Assembly (NCBI GenBank): GCA_963731635.1
Contig: CAVSWB010000001.1
Span: forward strand, 784,691-848,690
Reading direction: 5' to 3'
Length of the DNA: 64,000 nt
Source of the DNA: an uncultured Chloroflexia bacterium
GTDB lineage: Bacteria; Chloroflexota; Limnocylindria; Limnocylindrales; CSP1-4
Shown piece after piece: positions 49,005 through 58,026 of the stretch; within the stretch, counting starts at the first letter, position 1, and every line of letters begins with the position of its first letter. Position numbers and translations under genes: made by a program. The notes beneath the pieces were generated by a model that saw only the letters and a list, made by a program, of their open reading frames with translations, was not told the origin of the DNA and searched no databases.

Positions 49005-49052
49005 GACTTCGGATCAGATGGTCGGGGGTTCGAATCCCCTCCGGGCGCGCCA
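49005..49052 (+). repeat. att site: duplicated 3' part of tRNA-Arg
   Basis: GACTTCGGATCAGATGGTCGGGGGTTCGAATCCCCTCCGGGCGCGCCA; begins 2 nt before the anticodon loop. Confidence 0.95.
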
Positions 49053-49129
49053 CTCTTTGAGCGTGCAACAGCACATGCGTTCGAGGGCGAGGGGCACTGA
49101 GCGGCACATTCCGGCATCATTCGGCGCCG

Positions 49130-49153
49130 AGATTGCTACATAGATTGCTACAT
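49130..49153 (+). repeat. 12-bp tandem repeat AGATTGCTACAT x2 (candidate integrase arm site)
   Basis: Perfect tandem repeat 78 bp right of the att duplication. Confidence 0.6.
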
Positions 49154-49301
49154 TGACGATCGTCGAAGTAGCCTCGCTCGGGGCACGCTCCTCAGGACCT
49201 ATCGACCGGATGTCGGCCTCGAGCAGGCCGCCAAGAAGTCGTACCTCCTTATCTGATGAGATCGATCGGCTAACCACGAGGTTATCGAAGCGCCCGGTTG
49301 A

Positions 49302-49444
49302 GAGTCTGATGCCCGCTCGCGCGTGCCGGTGGAGTCAGATGCCCGCGATTTGAGCCTCGCGTAGTCAGATGCCCGCGGTTTGCGGAGTCAGATGCCCGCA
49401 AGCTCGGTTTCCTTCGATTTGCCTGAACGGGCAATGCCCTGACT
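49302..49444 (+). repeat. Second GAGTCAGATGCCC array (4 units, spacing 30/30/23), homologous to 38006-38165
   Basis: Units at 49302, 49332, 49362, 49385; shared spacers GATTTGAGCCTCGCG and CGGTTTGCG; shared distal GGCAATG(C/T)CCTGAC. Confidence 0.88.
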
Positions 49445-49504
49445 TGTGAATCACGAACGTGGTGTCGCCCAGCCTGTCGAGACCGGCGGCCGTCACCCAA
49501 TGGG

Positions 49505-50517
49505 CTACGAGCGACGGATTGCCTTTCGCCTCCCAGTCCGAATGTACGAGGAGACCCATGTCTTGGTGCTGTACCAGCCGTTCGACTGTCGAACTGCCCG
49601 AGGGCATTCCGCTCGGCGGCCCTCCGCAAGGCGAGCGCGGATACGGACTTGGTGGCGAGCGCAGACAACGGCAGGAGCTGGTGTGGACCGCCAAGCGCGG
49701 GAAGAAGGAACCTGTCTAGGCAGTCCTTGACCGCTCGAGCGATCATCTCGCCGAGCAACCCGTAATCTCCGTGATCTGCCCGATCAAGCGCGCGCAGGTA
49801 CTTCGCGCGATCCTTCTTGTAGATGATGGCCGGAGCGAGGCCGTGTCGAACAAGCAGAAGGTTCAGCACGAGCCGGCCGGTTCGCCCGTTGCCGTCTCGG
49901 AACGGATGGATGCCCTCGAACCCCGCGTGTACCCGTGCCAGATGCTCTATCACGGTTTGACCTGGCTCCGGCTCGCTGTTGCCCAAGCGTAGCCAGTCCG
50001 AAATCTGGGGCGGCACATCAGTGAAATCCGGTGGAGTCATCCCGCCAGGGAACGGCTTGATGTTGTGCTGGCGAAAGCCACCCGGCGTCTCCCCGGGTAG
50101 CAGATCGTCTGGCGGCTGAACCTGCCAGGCAGGTCCGACGACTCTGGTGTGGATCTCGCGCAATTCCGTGAGCGTGATGTAAGGATCGCACCGCTCGGTC
50201 TCACGGTCGCGGCCCTGTGCGTACACCCACTCGGCGGCGTCCGCGTAACCCTTCACTTCGAGATACTCGGCAAGTTGCTTGTCCCCGACCGCCTGGCCGG
50301 TATCGAGGAGTTGACGTACCTCCTTGAGGATGAGCGTGTTGCCCTCAATTGCGGTCGAGTTGTGCGTCTCCTCGTACCAGATGCCTGCCCAGATGTCCCC
50401 CGCGACATCCGGCCGGGGCAATCCGCCGATGCGGTTCAGTTCTGTCGTGGCCTGCTCGACCGCGGCGTAGATCGAGACCCGGCTGGGCCGCCCTCGGCCT
50501 TCCTTCGTGATCACCAC
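49505..50517 (-). CDS. Class II Fic family protein with C-terminal helical extension; 1-bp deletion near 49598
   Basis: HPFRDGNGRTGR catalytic motif; inhibitory 'STAIEGN'; the C-terminal 'AVRQSNGWYSTKTWV' is in a shifted frame. Confidence 0.88.
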
Positions 50518-50518
50518 C

Positions 50519-50608
50519 TGTGGTACGCCTCCCCTTCGCAAAATGGACCGTACCACAACGGTATCTTGTGGTACGTCGGAGGTCAAGTAAATGGACCGTA
50601 CCACAACG
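50519..50608. promoter_or_regulatory. Four-site CGTACCACA operator array at the fic 5' end
   Basis: Alternating orientation at 50519, 50549, 50566, 50597; perfect 10-7-10 IR at 50549-50575; 20-bp direct repeat at 50541/50589. Confidence 0.75.
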
Positions 50609-50624
50609 AGGTCTCACCAACCGG

Positions 50625-50741
50625 CCGTGGGGCAGGACGGTCTCTCTGGGAGCGGGCGGCAAGCTCGATGCCATGTACTGGAATGGCAGCGCGTCGAACG
50701 CGACGCAGATCCGCTTCGGTGTTACTGGCTACTTCAGCTGA
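50625..50741 (+). pseudogene. Orphan C-terminal fragment of the repeat domain found in 40213-43191
   Basis: 'TVSLGAGGKLDAMYWNGSASNATQIRFGVTGYFS*' is close to the last 35 aa of 40213-43191. Confidence 0.8.
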
Positions 50742-51152
50742 GCCCGGCGGTCGATCGGAGCTCGCTCAGGTCGATCGCTCACGATAAGGTCATGGTGACG
50801 AGGAGGCGCGAGGGTTGGGCCGGAGGTGATTTCTGTTCCGCCAGATCTAAGCGCTGGCATGGATTTCGGCCCACTCTTCCACGGTTCGCAATTCCTCCCT
50901 CGCAGGCGGCTTCATGTGCTCCAAGCTGGGCTCGTTTGGTCGAGACCGCCAGGCATGGCGTCGCCCTCCGTCTCGTCCGCCCTGTTGCCCACACGCACCC
51001 CGCAATGTCGCGTAGGGACTAATGGCTCTTCTGTGCCACCCTCAGGTCCCGGAACATCCGTTTCGGCCCCGCCCTCCGAGGTCCTATGCCGATCCACGGA
51101 GCGCACACGTGGCCCGCCGGGGCAGCCGGCTGCAGGATGGAGGTCCGGTTAG

Positions 51153-53828
51153 ATGGCGAAATGCACCCGAGCTATGCGTCTCGTGGCGAGTGCCGCGCTG
51201 GTCGGCTCGCTTGTCGCGACCGTCTCCGCACCTGCCGCGCTCGGGGCGATCGCCTCTCGAATATCGATCCCTTCGGTCGCCGCGGTCCCCGTTACCGCGT
51301 CAGGGGCGGCCTCGGTGAACGGCACGGTCACCAACACCGCTGGTCAGCCCATCGACGGGCTTGAAATCCTGCTCGCCGGCACAGACGGCAGCACGTCCGC
51401 CGGCTTTTCGGATGCGCAGGGAACCTTCTCCGTTTCAGCCGCCGCAGGCGACTATGTTCCCTACTTCATCGATAGCTCTGGCTCCTACGTCTACGGCTGC
51501 TATGAGGGGACGACGGCTCCTGGGCAGTTCGCGGCGCTGACGGGTCCAGTCAACTGCGCAATGATCACGCTCTCCTCTGGCGAGACCTTCCGAATCGACG
51601 CGACGATCCCTCACGCCCGGCACATCACGGGCACAGTCGCAGGTTCCGACGGAACCCGGTTGGGGAGAGTGTTGATTGACGCGACGGACGCCAACGGGAA
51701 CGCTCAGGCCGAGACCAGGGCGGGTACGGATGGCAACTTCTCGATGACGGTGCCCGTGGGTAGCTATCAGATCCGTGTCTATGACACCACCGTCGGTACA
51801 ACCGCCTACGCGGGTGGCTGCTACAACCACGCGGACACCGGCAACCTCTCGATCGACAACCTGGCGTGCCAGTCGCTCGACGTGACCAAGTCGGATGCCA
51901 CCGGTGTCAACCCCATCCAGCCGACGGAAACTCTAAACGGGTTCACGATCAGCGGCACAGTGACTGGCCTGAACGGCTCCGCGCTGCCTTACATTCAAGT
52001 CGATGCCTGGGACGGCACGGCAGGCTGGGGCAACCCTGGCCTCACCTTCACCGACGCGAACGGCTCCTACGCGTTGACGGTCCCACAAGGCAATTACCAG
52101 GTCAGCGTCACCGACTGGGGGCAGACCCATGCGGGCGGCTGCTACAGCCAGACCGCGGCCGGCAACGTCTCGACCGACTACTCGGCCTGTCTACCAGTCA
52201 GCGTTGCCTCGGACGTCACGGGGATAAGCATGTCCTTGCCGATCGGCGGACAGACCCCGACGGGCGCGGACGTATCGGTGACGCCGTCTGATAGCAGTGG
52301 GTCCTTCGTCAACGCGAGCGTCAGCTTCGGCCAGGTCGACTCGCCGGGCACGACTACGCTCCAGACGTCAACCTCCGGGCCCCAGTCGAGCGGCTTCAGC
52401 GTTGGTCTCAGCCCCACCTACTACGACATCACCACTGTCAATGTGGCCTACACCGGACCGGTGACCGTGTGCCTGCCGTTCGACGTAGCTGCCTACTCGG
52501 ATGCATCGTCTCTTCGCCTGTACCACTTCGACAACGGCGCCTGGAAGGACGTCACAACCAGCATCAGCTACTTGCCGCCCACGATCTGTGGAGTCACGGC
52601 CTCTCTGTCGCCCTTCGTGGTCGGGCAGGCTCCGGCTCAGCAGTCCCAGTCGATCACTTTTGGTCCTCTCGCGGCGAGAGTCTACGGCGCCACCTCGATC
52701 ACACTCGCTGCGACAGCATCTTCTGGTCTGATGGTCAGCTACACAACCACGGGCCCTTGCACGGTCAGCGGAGGCGGGCTCACGATCACGGGTGTCGGCA
52801 CCTGCACAGTAGATGCGTCCCAGTTCGGCAACGCGAGTTGGGCCGCTGCGACGCCCGTGAGTCAGCCTTTCAGGATTGCTCCCGCTGCCCTTACGATCAC
52901 CGCGCCAAGCGTCAGCCGGTCGTACGGCGCTGCCAACCCGGCGTTCACTCCAACCTACTCGGGTTTGGTGGATGGAGACACTGCGTCCAGCCTGACTACT
53001 GCGCCGGCCTGCACCACCACTGCCACCTCTACCAGCTCGGTCGGGACCTACCCGATCAACTGCTCGGGCGCGGTCGATCCGAACTACAGCTTTAGCTACG
53101 TCGCCGGCACCCTCAGAATCGCGATCGCCGATCGGTTTGTGACCTCGACCAACACGGCGCTCAACGTCGCCGCGCCTGGTTTCCTCGCCCTCACCCAAGC
53201 CCCAGGCGCGACGGTCGTGATCTCGACCAAGCCCGCGGGCAAGCTCACCCTCGGCTCCAACGGCTCCTTCATCTACGTCCCCAAAACAGGCTTCCGCGGC
53301 ACTGACAGCTTCGCCTATCGCCTGAGCCTTGGCGGGACTCTCTCGGCTCCCGTGACCGTCACGATCTACGTGGTCGGCATGGGCGTCAACTGCGCCAAGT
53401 GCAATCTGTCCGGGCTCGGCCTATCGGGCGCGAACCTGCTCGGCGCCAACCTAGCCTCCGCGAACATGGCGGGAGCGCGGCTCGACCACGCCATCCTGGT
53501 GCTGTCGAACCTCTCGGGGGCCGATCTCTCGTACGCCACCCTCGATCACGCGATGCTGACCCTGGCCAACCTCTCCAGGGCGACACTCACCAGCGCCAAC
53601 CTAACCGCCGCCAATTTGATCTTGGCGAACCTCTCCGGGAGCACTCTCACCAGCGCCGATCTGACCGGCGCGAACCTGACGGGTGCCAATCTCGCGGGCG
53701 CGAATATGGCGAGCGCAACCCTGACGGGCGCGACGGTCAGCGGCGCCGGATGGTCCAAAACCGTCTGCCCGGATGGCAGCAACGCCAACAAGGATGGCGG
53801 CACCTGCGTCGGCCACTTCAAGCACTAG
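51153..53828 (+). CDS. Large secreted multidomain protein: carboxypeptidase-regulatory-like repeats, MBG-like, Ig-like, C-terminal pentapeptide repeats
   Basis: Signal peptide; 'ISGTVT...FTDANGSYAL' repeats; 'SRSYGAANPAFTPTYSG'; 'YVPKTGFRGTDSFAY'; (A/S)(N/D)L(S/T)x repeats. Confidence 0.8.
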   Translation: MAKCTRAMRLVASAALVGSLVATVSAPAALGAIASRISIPSVAAVPVTASGAASVNGTVTNTAGQPIDGLEILLAGTDGSTSAGFSDAQGTFSVSAAAGDYVPYFIDSSGSYVYGCYEGTTAPGQFAALTGPVNCAMITLSSGETFRIDATIPHARHITGTVAGSDGTRLGRVLIDATDANGNAQAETRAGTDGNFSMTVPVGSYQIRVYDTTVGTTAYAGGCYNHADTGNLSIDNLACQSLDVTKSDATGVNPIQPTETLNGFTISGTVTGLNGSALPYIQVDAWDGTAGWGNPGLTFTDANGSYALTVPQGNYQVSVTDWGQTHAGGCYSQTAAGNVSTDYSACLPVSVASDVTGISMSLPIGGQTPTGADVSVTPSDSSGSFVNASVSFGQVDSPGTTTLQTSTSGPQSSGFSVGLSPTYYDITTVNVAYTGPVTVCLPFDVAAYSDASSLRLYHFDNGAWKDVTTSISYLPPTICGVTASLSPFVVGQAPAQQSQSITFGPLAARVYGATSITLAATASSGLMVSYTTTGPCTVSGGGLTITGVGTCTVDASQFGNASWAAATPVSQPFRIAPAALTITAPSVSRSYGAANPAFTPTYSGLVDGDTASSLTTAPACTTTATSTSSVGTYPINCSGAVDPNYSFSYVAGTLRIAIADRFVTSTNTALNVAAPGFLALTQAPGATVVISTKPAGKLTLGSNGSFIYVPKTGFRGTDSFAYRLSLGGTLSAPVTVTIYVVGMGVNCAKCNLSGLGLSGANLLGANLASANMAGARLDHAILVLSNLSGADLSYATLDHAMLTLANLSRATLTSANLTAANLILANLSGSTLTSADLTGANLTGANLAGANMASATLTGATVSGAGWSKTVCPDGSNANKDGGTCVGHFKH

Positions 53829-54258
53829 GCAGCGCGCATTGAACCTCGGCGCCGTCATAGCCGCCGTTGGCCTCATACCCGGGATTGGGTCCTGGGTGAT
53901 GCCAGTCGGCGTCATGATTGCTGCTGTGGGCAGCCTGATGAGCTGGATCGACGATACCTTCTGCGGCGACCATGGCGACGCCATCAACCTCCCCGTCATC
54001 GGACCTGACAACATCGGGTGTTGAACGGTGAACCTGCAGGCTGTCGATTTCCTACTGGTAGCACTTGTGATGCTGCTGGTCGGCACCGTCCTCTGGCGAC
54101 GATCTGCCCGACAGACTCCCGGGCTCGCTCGTGGGCATGATCACCTAAACCGGCCCCACTTTCGGCCGGTTCGATCATCAGAGTTGGCCCCACCCCCGAC
54201 CTCAATTCCGTAGGCTCGATTGGTCTTGCGAGGCCATCACGAGCGACGGAGGAAGGAG

Positions 54259-55797
54259 TTGTCGAGGGTGGAGCAGTTCGAGCGTATCCGCCGAGACCAC
54301 CGGGAGGAAGGGGTGTCGATCCGCGAGTTGGCGCGCCGTCATGGGGTGCACCGGCGAGCGGTCCGCCAGGCCCTCGCCTGCGCGGTCCCGCCGCCACGCA
54401 AGCCCGTCGAGTCGCGGGTCGCACCGGCGGTCGGACCGCATGCGGCCACCATCCGGGCCTGGCTCGCCGCCGACGCCGAGGCACCGCGAAAGCAGCGCCA
54501 CACGGCCCGGCGGATCTGGGAGCGCCTCCTCGATGAGCACGGCGCCGATGTGGCCGAGAGCACCGTCCGCCGCTATGTCCGCGAGTGCCGCCGCGAGCTG
54601 CACCTCGAGCACCGCGACGTCGCGATCGTGGCTCATCATCTGGCTGGCGCGGAAGCTCAGGTCGACTTCGGCCTGGCCGACGTGATCATGGCCGGCGAGC
54701 GCACCTCGGTCTCGGTCTTCGAGCTGCGCCTGTCCCATTCGGGCGTCGCTATCCACGTCGCCTTCGGATCGGAGGGCCAGGAGGCGTTCCTCGAGGGCCA
54801 CGTCACCGCCTTTGCCCGCATCGGCGGGGTGCCGGCCCGGATGCGATACGACAACGCCCGCTCGCTCGTGGCCCGAGTCCTGCGCGGACGCGACCGAACC
54901 GAGACCGAGCGTTTCATCGCCCTGCGCTCCCACTATGGCTTCGACTCCTTCTTCTGCATCCCGGGCGAGGAAGGTGCCCACGAGAAGGGCGGTATCGAGG
55001 GCGAGGTCGGCCGCCAGCGCCGCCACTTCTTCGTGCCGGTGCCCACGGTGAAGAGCCTCGCCGATCTCAACCGCCGCCTCGAAGAGGCGGACCGGCGCGA
55101 CCTCGCCCGCCACATCGGCACCCGCCGTCTGACCGTCGGGACGATGGGCGAGGCCGATCGGGCGGCATTGCAACCGCTGCCTGATGCTCCCTTCGATGCG
55201 GCCCGGATCGCGACCGTCCGGGTCGACTCCAAGGCCCGGGTCTGCGTCCGCCAGTGCTTCTATTCGGTGCCAGCCAGATACGCCGGCAGAGCGCTATCTG
55301 CTCGGATCGGAGGCACCCGTATCGAGGTCGTCGATGGCGGCACAGTCGTCGCCTCCCACGAGCGCAGCACGATCCGGGGCAGCCAGACCCTGGTGCTCGA
55401 CCACTATCTGGAGATCCTGTCCCGCAAGCCAGGCGCGATGCCCGGTGCCCTCGCGACCCATCAGGCCCGTGAGCGGGGCGTGCTCACGGCCGCACATGAG
55501 GCGTTCTGGGCCAGGGCGCGACGCAAGTTCGGCGACGCGGGCGGCACGCGGGCGCTTATCGAGGTGCTCCTGCTCCACCGGCGGATGCCATTCCCGGCGG
55601 TCCACGCCGCTCTCGAAGCCGTCAACTCCACGGGCTCGGCAGATCCGGCGCTCGTGGCCATCGAGGCCCGGAGGATCGCCGAGCACCGCGGCCCGACCGG
55701 CTCGACCGTTCCTTCGGCGACCCATCTGGCGCGCTATGACCGGTCGGCTCCGGTCCTGACCGTCTATGACGGCCTCCTTGGGAGGACTGCCCGATGA
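54259..55797 (+). CDS. istA: IS21 transposase
   Basis: N-terminal HTH, 'QVDFG', 'RYDN', 'HEKGGIEGEVG', 'YSVP'. Confidence 0.93.
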   Translation: MSRVEQFERIRRDHREEGVSIRELARRHGVHRRAVRQALACAVPPPRKPVESRVAPAVGPHAATIRAWLAADAEAPRKQRHTARRIWERLLDEHGADVAESTVRRYVRECRRELHLEHRDVAIVAHHLAGAEAQVDFGLADVIMAGERTSVSVFELRLSHSGVAIHVAFGSEGQEAFLEGHVTAFARIGGVPARMRYDNARSLVARVLRGRDRTETERFIALRSHYGFDSFFCIPGEEGAHEKGGIEGEVGRQRRHFFVPVPTVKSLADLNRRLEEADRRDLARHIGTRRLTVGTMGEADRAALQPLPDAPFDAARIATVRVDSKARVCVRQCFYSVPARYAGRALSARIGGTRIEVVDGGTVVASHERSTIRGSQTLVLDHYLEILSRKPGAMPGALATHQARERGVLTAAHEAFWARARRKFGDAGGTRALIEVLLLHRRMPFPAVHAALEAVNSTGSADPALVAIEARRIAEHRGPTGSTVPSATHLARYDRSAPVLTVYDGLLGRTAR

Positions 55798-56576
55798 GAG
55801 GTCTGACCGAAGAAGCAGCCTCGGTCGGGATCGACGTCGCCACCCGCGTTCTGCATCTGCCGACCGTCCGAGCAGCGGCCGACGAGCTCGCGGCCGCGGC
55901 CGTCCGCGATCGGGTCACCCACCGAGCGTATCTGGCCGAATTGCTCGCGGCCGAAGTCGAGGACAGGGAGTCTCGGCGACGGGAGCGCCGGATCGCCGAG
56001 GCCCGCTTCCCGCGGATCAAGCACCTCTCCGAGTTCGATCTGGGAGCCACGCCCACGATCGCCCCGGGGACTCTGGCGGCTCTCGCAACCTGCAACTGGA
56101 TCGGTGAGGGCGAGCCGGTCGTGCTGCTGGGCGATTCCGGGACCGGCAAGACGCACCTGCTGATCGGTCTTGGCATCGCCGCCTGCGAGCAGGGTCGCCG
56201 GGTTCGCTACGTGACCGCGGCGGCCCTGGTCAACGAACTCGTCGAAGCCGAGGACGAGCGTGAGCTGTCCAAGGTGGTCGGCCGCTATGGACGCCTGGAC
56301 CTACTGTGTCTCGACGAACTCGGCTACCTCCATCTGGATCGCCGGGGCGCCGAGTTGCTCTTCCAGGTTCTGACCGAGCGCGACGAGCGGGCCTCGATCG
56401 CGGTCGCCTCCAACGCTCCGTTCTCCGAGTGGGGCCAGACCTTCACCGACCCGCGCCTGGCCGGCGCGGTCGTCGACCGACTGACCTTCCGGGCCCACAT
56501 CCTCGAGACCGGGTCGGCCTCGTATCGGCTCCGGACCAGCCAGGGAAAGCGCAAGGAGGGATCGCCAGCGACCTGA
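55794..56576 (+). CDS. istB: IS21 helper ATPase
   Basis: GDSGTGKTH, 'LCLDELGY', 'AVVDRL'. Confidence 0.95.
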   Translation: MRGLTEEAASVGIDVATRVLHLPTVRAAADELAAAAVRDRVTHRAYLAELLAAEVEDRESRRRERRIAEARFPRIKHLSEFDLGATPTIAPGTLAALATCNWIGEGEPVVLLGDSGTGKTHLLIGLGIAACEQGRRVRYVTAAALVNELVEAEDERELSKVVGRYGRLDLLCLDELGYLHLDRRGAELLFQVLTERDERASIAVASNAPFSEWGQTFTDPRLAGAVVDRLTFRAHILETGSASYRLRTSQGKRKEGSPAT

Positions 56577-56730
56577 TCTAGAGACCTGTCAGAAGGCCAT
56601 CACACCGGTCGGGGTGGGGCCAACTCTGGTGATCAGGGTGGAGCCACTTGACGTGATCATTCCCAGCGCGTTCTACCTGATAGTGCCTCGCCGGGCTGTG
56701 GAGCTGCTGCCATGGGGCTACCGTAGGGTT

Positions 56731-58026
56731 GTGAACGACGGGCTGATCAGGATTGAGGTCGAGACCCCGACTGGGACATTCCTGCGAGTGATCCGGCCCG
56801 CAACGCTACTGCCAGAGGGCGTTTCCCGCGGGCCGGCAGCGGAGGTAGCAACCCGGGGAGCGGCGGCGTTCCACGGAATGCCCGACTTCGTGTTCCATCC
56901 GGCTCTCGAACGACGAGGCCCCGGTGTTCGCGAGATCGGGGACGCGCTGCTGGTGGCCGGCCGCAATGGAGCGGCCGTCCAGGTCAAGGCCCGCCAAGCC
57001 GCGACCGACGATCCCGGGCGTGAGCGAGCCTGGTTGATCCGACGGGCGGAGGAGGGGACAAGGCAGGCGACCGGAACCATCCGGCGACTTCGATACCCAG
57101 GCGAGACCCGACTGGAGAGCTTGCGCGGCAATGTCGTGTCCATTAGGGGTCGCGACATGTCCTGGGTGCCGGTTGTCGTTCTAGACCACCCGTCCCCACC
57201 CGAAGGCCTAGTCCTTGGGAGTGGCGGGGTCGTCATCGTGCTACGGCGGGATTGGGAGTTCCTTTTCGAGCAAATGCAGAGCACTGTCGCCGTCATTGAC
57301 TACCTGCTCCGGGTGGCGCCAATGGAGCCTATCGCTCTTGGTCTGGAAGCCGTTCGCTACTACGGCCTTGCCCAAGCTGACGTGGGGGCCCCGCCATCGC
57401 CTGAGGATCCGGCGTTCGCCGATCTGGTGATGCCGGATGAGTCGACTCCCGTTCTGCCCCTTCAGCCTGCCCTGAGATCGAACCTAGTTCGGTGGATCCT
57501 CGAGGACATCGGCGACGTCCCAACGACTGGACTGGACGAAGACGACGCACGCCATCGGCTCAGGATGCTCGCTGCTATCGACAGTGCCCCAATCTCAGCG
57601 CGCGCCGAAATGGCGGATGTGATCTTGTCCTGGTTTGAGCAGGTTCAGCTCGCACCGCCGGGGGCGGTGTGGTGGCGCTTCCGACACTACCTCTACTACG
57701 GACGGGTCCATCTCATCGTCGGCGTGACCAACCAGAATCGCGAGGAGATGCGCGAGGCCTTCGGCTACCTCGTTCGATTGCGCCATGTGGAGCGCGGTGA
57801 GAGATCGGTCGCGCAAGCTGAGCTGATCACGGTCGGTGTTCTGCTCCAGCCGCGTACGGACGGCCATCGGCCCTGGGACACCACCGCTGGGATGGTTGAA
57901 GGAGTCGTCTCGCTCGACCCAGAGGAACGCGCCATTGCGGTGGAGATCTGGCACTCGATCGACGAGGCCGTCCGGCGAACAAACGCAGTAGATCAGGCCG
58001 ACCCCTTCGGCACCTCGCCCAAGTGA
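56731..58026 (+). CDS. Hypothetical protein with N-terminal PD-(D/E)XK/NERD-like nuclease motif
   Basis: 'REIGDALLVAGRNGAAVQVKAR' fits D...(Q/E)xK spacing. Confidence 0.6.
   Translation: MNDGLIRIEVETPTGTFLRVIRPATLLPEGVSRGPAAEVATRGAAAFHGMPDFVFHPALERRGPGVREIGDALLVAGRNGAAVQVKARQAATDDPGRERAWLIRRAEEGTRQATGTIRRLRYPGETRLESLRGNVVSIRGRDMSWVPVVVLDHPSPPEGLVLGSGGVVIVLRRDWEFLFEQMQSTVAVIDYLLRVAPMEPIALGLEAVRYYGLAQADVGAPPSPEDPAFADLVMPDESTPVLPLQPALRSNLVRWILEDIGDVPTTGLDEDDARHRLRMLAAIDSAPISARAEMADVILSWFEQVQLAPPGAVWWRFRHYLYYGRVHLIVGVTNQNREEMREAFGYLVRLRHVERGERSVAQAELITVGVLLQPRTDGHRPWDTTAGMVEGVVSLDPEERAIAVEIWHSIDEAVRRTNAVDQADPFGTSPK

Larger units (their letters stand above)
37886..49052. mobile_element. Integrative genomic island at tRNA-Arg(TCG), ~11.1 kb, no integrase visible
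   Basis: Direct repeat of the tRNA 3' 47 nt (37886-37932 vs 49005-49052, one extra C); cargo of secreted proteins and TA-like genes. Confidence 0.85.
54132..56665 (+). mobile_element. Complete IS21-family insertion sequence
   Basis: Terminal IRs TGGG(C/A)ATGATCAC, internal repeat GATCA.CAGAGTTGGCCCCACCCC at both ends, istA/istB; flanks GCTCG/GCGCG are an imperfect possible TSD. Confidence 0.88.

Noticed and set aside
37932-49005. Prophage
   Set aside because: No capsid, terminase, tail, replication or integrase genes are recognisable.
49282-49505. 'RGHLT' 10-aa repeats as a real Fic C-terminus
   Set aside because: They arise from read-through after a 1-bp deletion into the non-coding array, and the 23-bp spacing breaks frame.
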